A stretch of 64,000 nucleotides of DNA, from NCBI RefSeq assembly GCF_000143415.4, contig NW_003314319.1, positions 834,365 through 898,364 of the forward strand. The letters run 5' to 3'. Positions within the stretch are counted from its first letter, which is position 1. Each line of letters opens with the position of its first letter. Below the pieces are notes generated by a model that was given only the letters and a program-made list of their open reading frames with translations, had not been told where the DNA came from and made no database searches. This DNA comes from Selaginella moellendorffii. Its lineage: Eukaryota; Plantae; Lycopodiophyta. Shown piece by piece: positions 61,687 to 64,000 of this stretch. The position numbers and the translations under genes were made by a program.

Positions 61687-63510
61687 GAAGAAAGATGCTT
61701 CGGAGGACGATCTCAAGGCCCAGCTCCTCAATGCTCTTGAATGGGGTGAAATGAAAGAGAGGGCCAGAGGAACCCTTGACGACATGAAGCACTTGGCACA
61801 CGATGTTGCTGCTGGTAACCGTGTCTTGCTGGTACTGGATGATGTCTGGGACTGGAGCTGGGCAAAGGAACTGGATTTTATAGCACAGCCATCCTCTGGC
61901 CGGATCCTGGTGACAACCAGAAAGGAAGGCATTTTGCGCAGCCTGGATGCAAAGGCATTTCCTGTGCATCAGCTATCAATGGACGAAAGCAAAAAGATGT
62001 TTTGGAAGTTTGCCTTCGGTGTGCATGATCCACAACCCAGTGACCCTGATGTTGTGGGATTTGCCGAGGAAATAGCTCAAAAATGTGAGGGACTTCCTCT
62101 AGCCCTGGAAGTGATTGGCAGTGCCATGGCTGTCCACAGAAGAGAAGGGCCACTTGTGTGGGAAGAATGATATAAGAGGTTGCACTTGTCCAATGACCCA
62201 GACGTTGAGAAGCAGATGTTCAAGCGCTTGAAGTTCAGCTATGACGAGCTGGGAAACTATGAGGGTGAAAAGCTTGCAAGAGTGGTTTCTTTATGTGGCC
62301 GCATTCCCAGAAGACGAGGAGATTGAGTTCACTGACTTGAGGAAATGTTGGATGGAGGTTGGGTCAGAACTCTCACCCACAGCGATTGTCAATGAACTGG
62401 AACGGAGATGCCTGGTCAAGATAAATAAGTCTTGGGATGACGATGATCGTATAATCGTACACGATATGCTACGCAAACTGTGCATAAGAATCTTAAAAGG
62501 GAAGTACGCTTCACAGCAAGAGCACGAGAAGGGATGCCTGTTCGGATATGACTGGACAATTGGCATTCGGGATGCAACATTTGCTGAAGTCTCATTCATC
62601 TCAAAGAATGTTGGCAGCTTTCTATCCGATAATCATGTGCGTAATGTCTTACTTCTGGATAAATGTGAAGGACTTTCTAATGTGGATGACAGTTTCATCA
62701 ATCACATACAAGGTGTCAAGGTATTGAGCTTGTGGCGATGCTCTAAGATGCGTTTTATTCCAGAGAGCATATCCAAGCTGAAAAACCTTCAAGTGCTTGA
62801 CATTCAAGGAACAGAAGTGAGTGAATTACCAGATGCGCTTTTCAGCCTGACATCACTGAAATATCTAAAATGTACTACCCGGTGGATGCCGATGAAGTGT
62901 AACATTGCATTACTGCCCCAGCTCTCCGACTTGGAAGAGCTGGGGCTGAATGTTAGTTCAAAAGAGGACTCATCAGTTTTGGATTTGACTGGAATTTCAC
63001 GTAAACTAAGACATTTAAATCTAGAAATGACACAGGGTACAATGAAGGTGCCAGAAAGCATGGGGACACTGGAGCATTGAAACATTGGTTTTATGAGCAT
63101 CGACTTTGCCAGTGTCGTTGGACGATGGCAACTTATCAACCTAACAACATGTGAAATTGATGTGGAGTCCGTCAGCAGAGCTCCCTTGAAGCGAATGTTT
63201 AAGAACTCAATCAGGCTTCAACAGTTTTACATCAGTAGAAGACAGTGAAAATAGTGATGACAGCTTTGAATGGTTGCCCCACCGCCTAGAAACACTTGAC
63301 ATTGACTGCGGTGGTATCCACTTGTTCAACCTGGATGGATCATTCACACTTCTTAGAGATCTGGGTCTTACTAATTTACACATTGGACAGTCAGAATTCA
63401 AGGATGATTTGGCTGCCAGTCTTCCAAATCTAGAGTGGTTGTTCTTTAATCTAGCTCCTGATATTGAATGGGAGCACTTGCCTCTCTTTGTGACACAGCT
63501 CGCCTCGTAA
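61687..63510 (+). pseudogene. NB-ARC-LRR (NLR) pseudogene copy 2, 5'-truncated at the hAT terminus
   Basis: VLLVLDDVWD, GRILVTTR, KCEGLPLAL, IVHDML and LRRs; TGA at 62168 (CGA in copy 1), frameshift at ~62270, stop at 63078. Confidence 0.9.
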
Positions 63511-63544
63511 TTCCTAAACCCTAAACCCTCCTAATACAGCATTG

Positions 63545-64000
63545 CAGAATAGAAGTACTGGTGTGGCTTTGGGCTTGATGATCATCGGGGGAATGAGTGG
63601 GAACCTACCTCGTCGGAAAAACCAAAACAGGGTCCTGGAAGAAGGAAGAGGAAAGTGCAATGTGGGGAAACAAACAAGTGAGGATGCATGTGTAACTTCT
63701 CCATCAAAATGTTTGTGTTGTGTCTTCAAATGGCAAAGATTATGTATTATTGTATGGAACACGATGATGCTCAAGGAAGGATATGTCATGGGCCAGAAGA
63801 TGTTACAGCTCCTATCTCTGCCACTGTAGCTCCACGACTATCAAAGCAGAAGATCAAGTGGGTTGAAGAGCGTCTTCGGAGAGGCTTCAGTGCCGCACAG
63901 GTTTATGAGGAGCATCAACAAATTGTAGTTGCTACAGAAGCCCGGGATGCCTTTAAGTAGGGACCATTGCATGGTCTTTCGAGATGTGAAGAATATTAAT
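63545..64000 (+). pseudogene. MULE/SWIM-type transposase-related N-terminal fragment running off the window
   Basis: K*GCMCNFSIK...IMYYCMEHDDAQGRICHGPED...APRLS...VEERLRRG resembles plant SWIM/MULE proteins (KRGC.CHF.VK...H.D..G..CHGP.D...AP.IS). Preceded by CCTAAACCCTAAACCCT. Confidence 0.6.

Overview
Eukaryotic, plant-like nuclear DNA. Very short 45-60 nt GT-AG introns, CCCTAAA repeats, NLR/MAP65/ELM1 remnants and a four-domain voltage-gated channel remnant suggest a non-seed land plant such as a lycophyte; that assignment is inference. The window is a nested transposon graveyard: a PIF/Harbinger remnant, LTR retroelements of four families (here A-D, including a decayed Ty3/gypsy chromovirus), hAT and MULE fragments, and scrambled host pseudogenes. 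The standout is a 12,458-bp DNA transposon at 25273-37730 with 24-bp perfect TIRs and a 4-bp GTGT TSD. It encodes a Sola-like DDD transposase and a divergent 11-exon gene. By my manual splicing that gene is one ~1,670-aa protein: a ParB/Srx-like domain, a degenerate amino-methyltransferase-like fold, a low-complexity linker and an FCP1/SCP-type HAD phosphatase. About 20 copies of a 22-bp palindrome (ATGGCRTGnGGCCnCAYGCCAT) are spread through the element, many inside introns of its two genes. This suggests a TE-encoded self-recognition system (ParB/parS-like, or analogous to VANC anti-silencing). All domain calls are by-eye motif recognition, not database searches.
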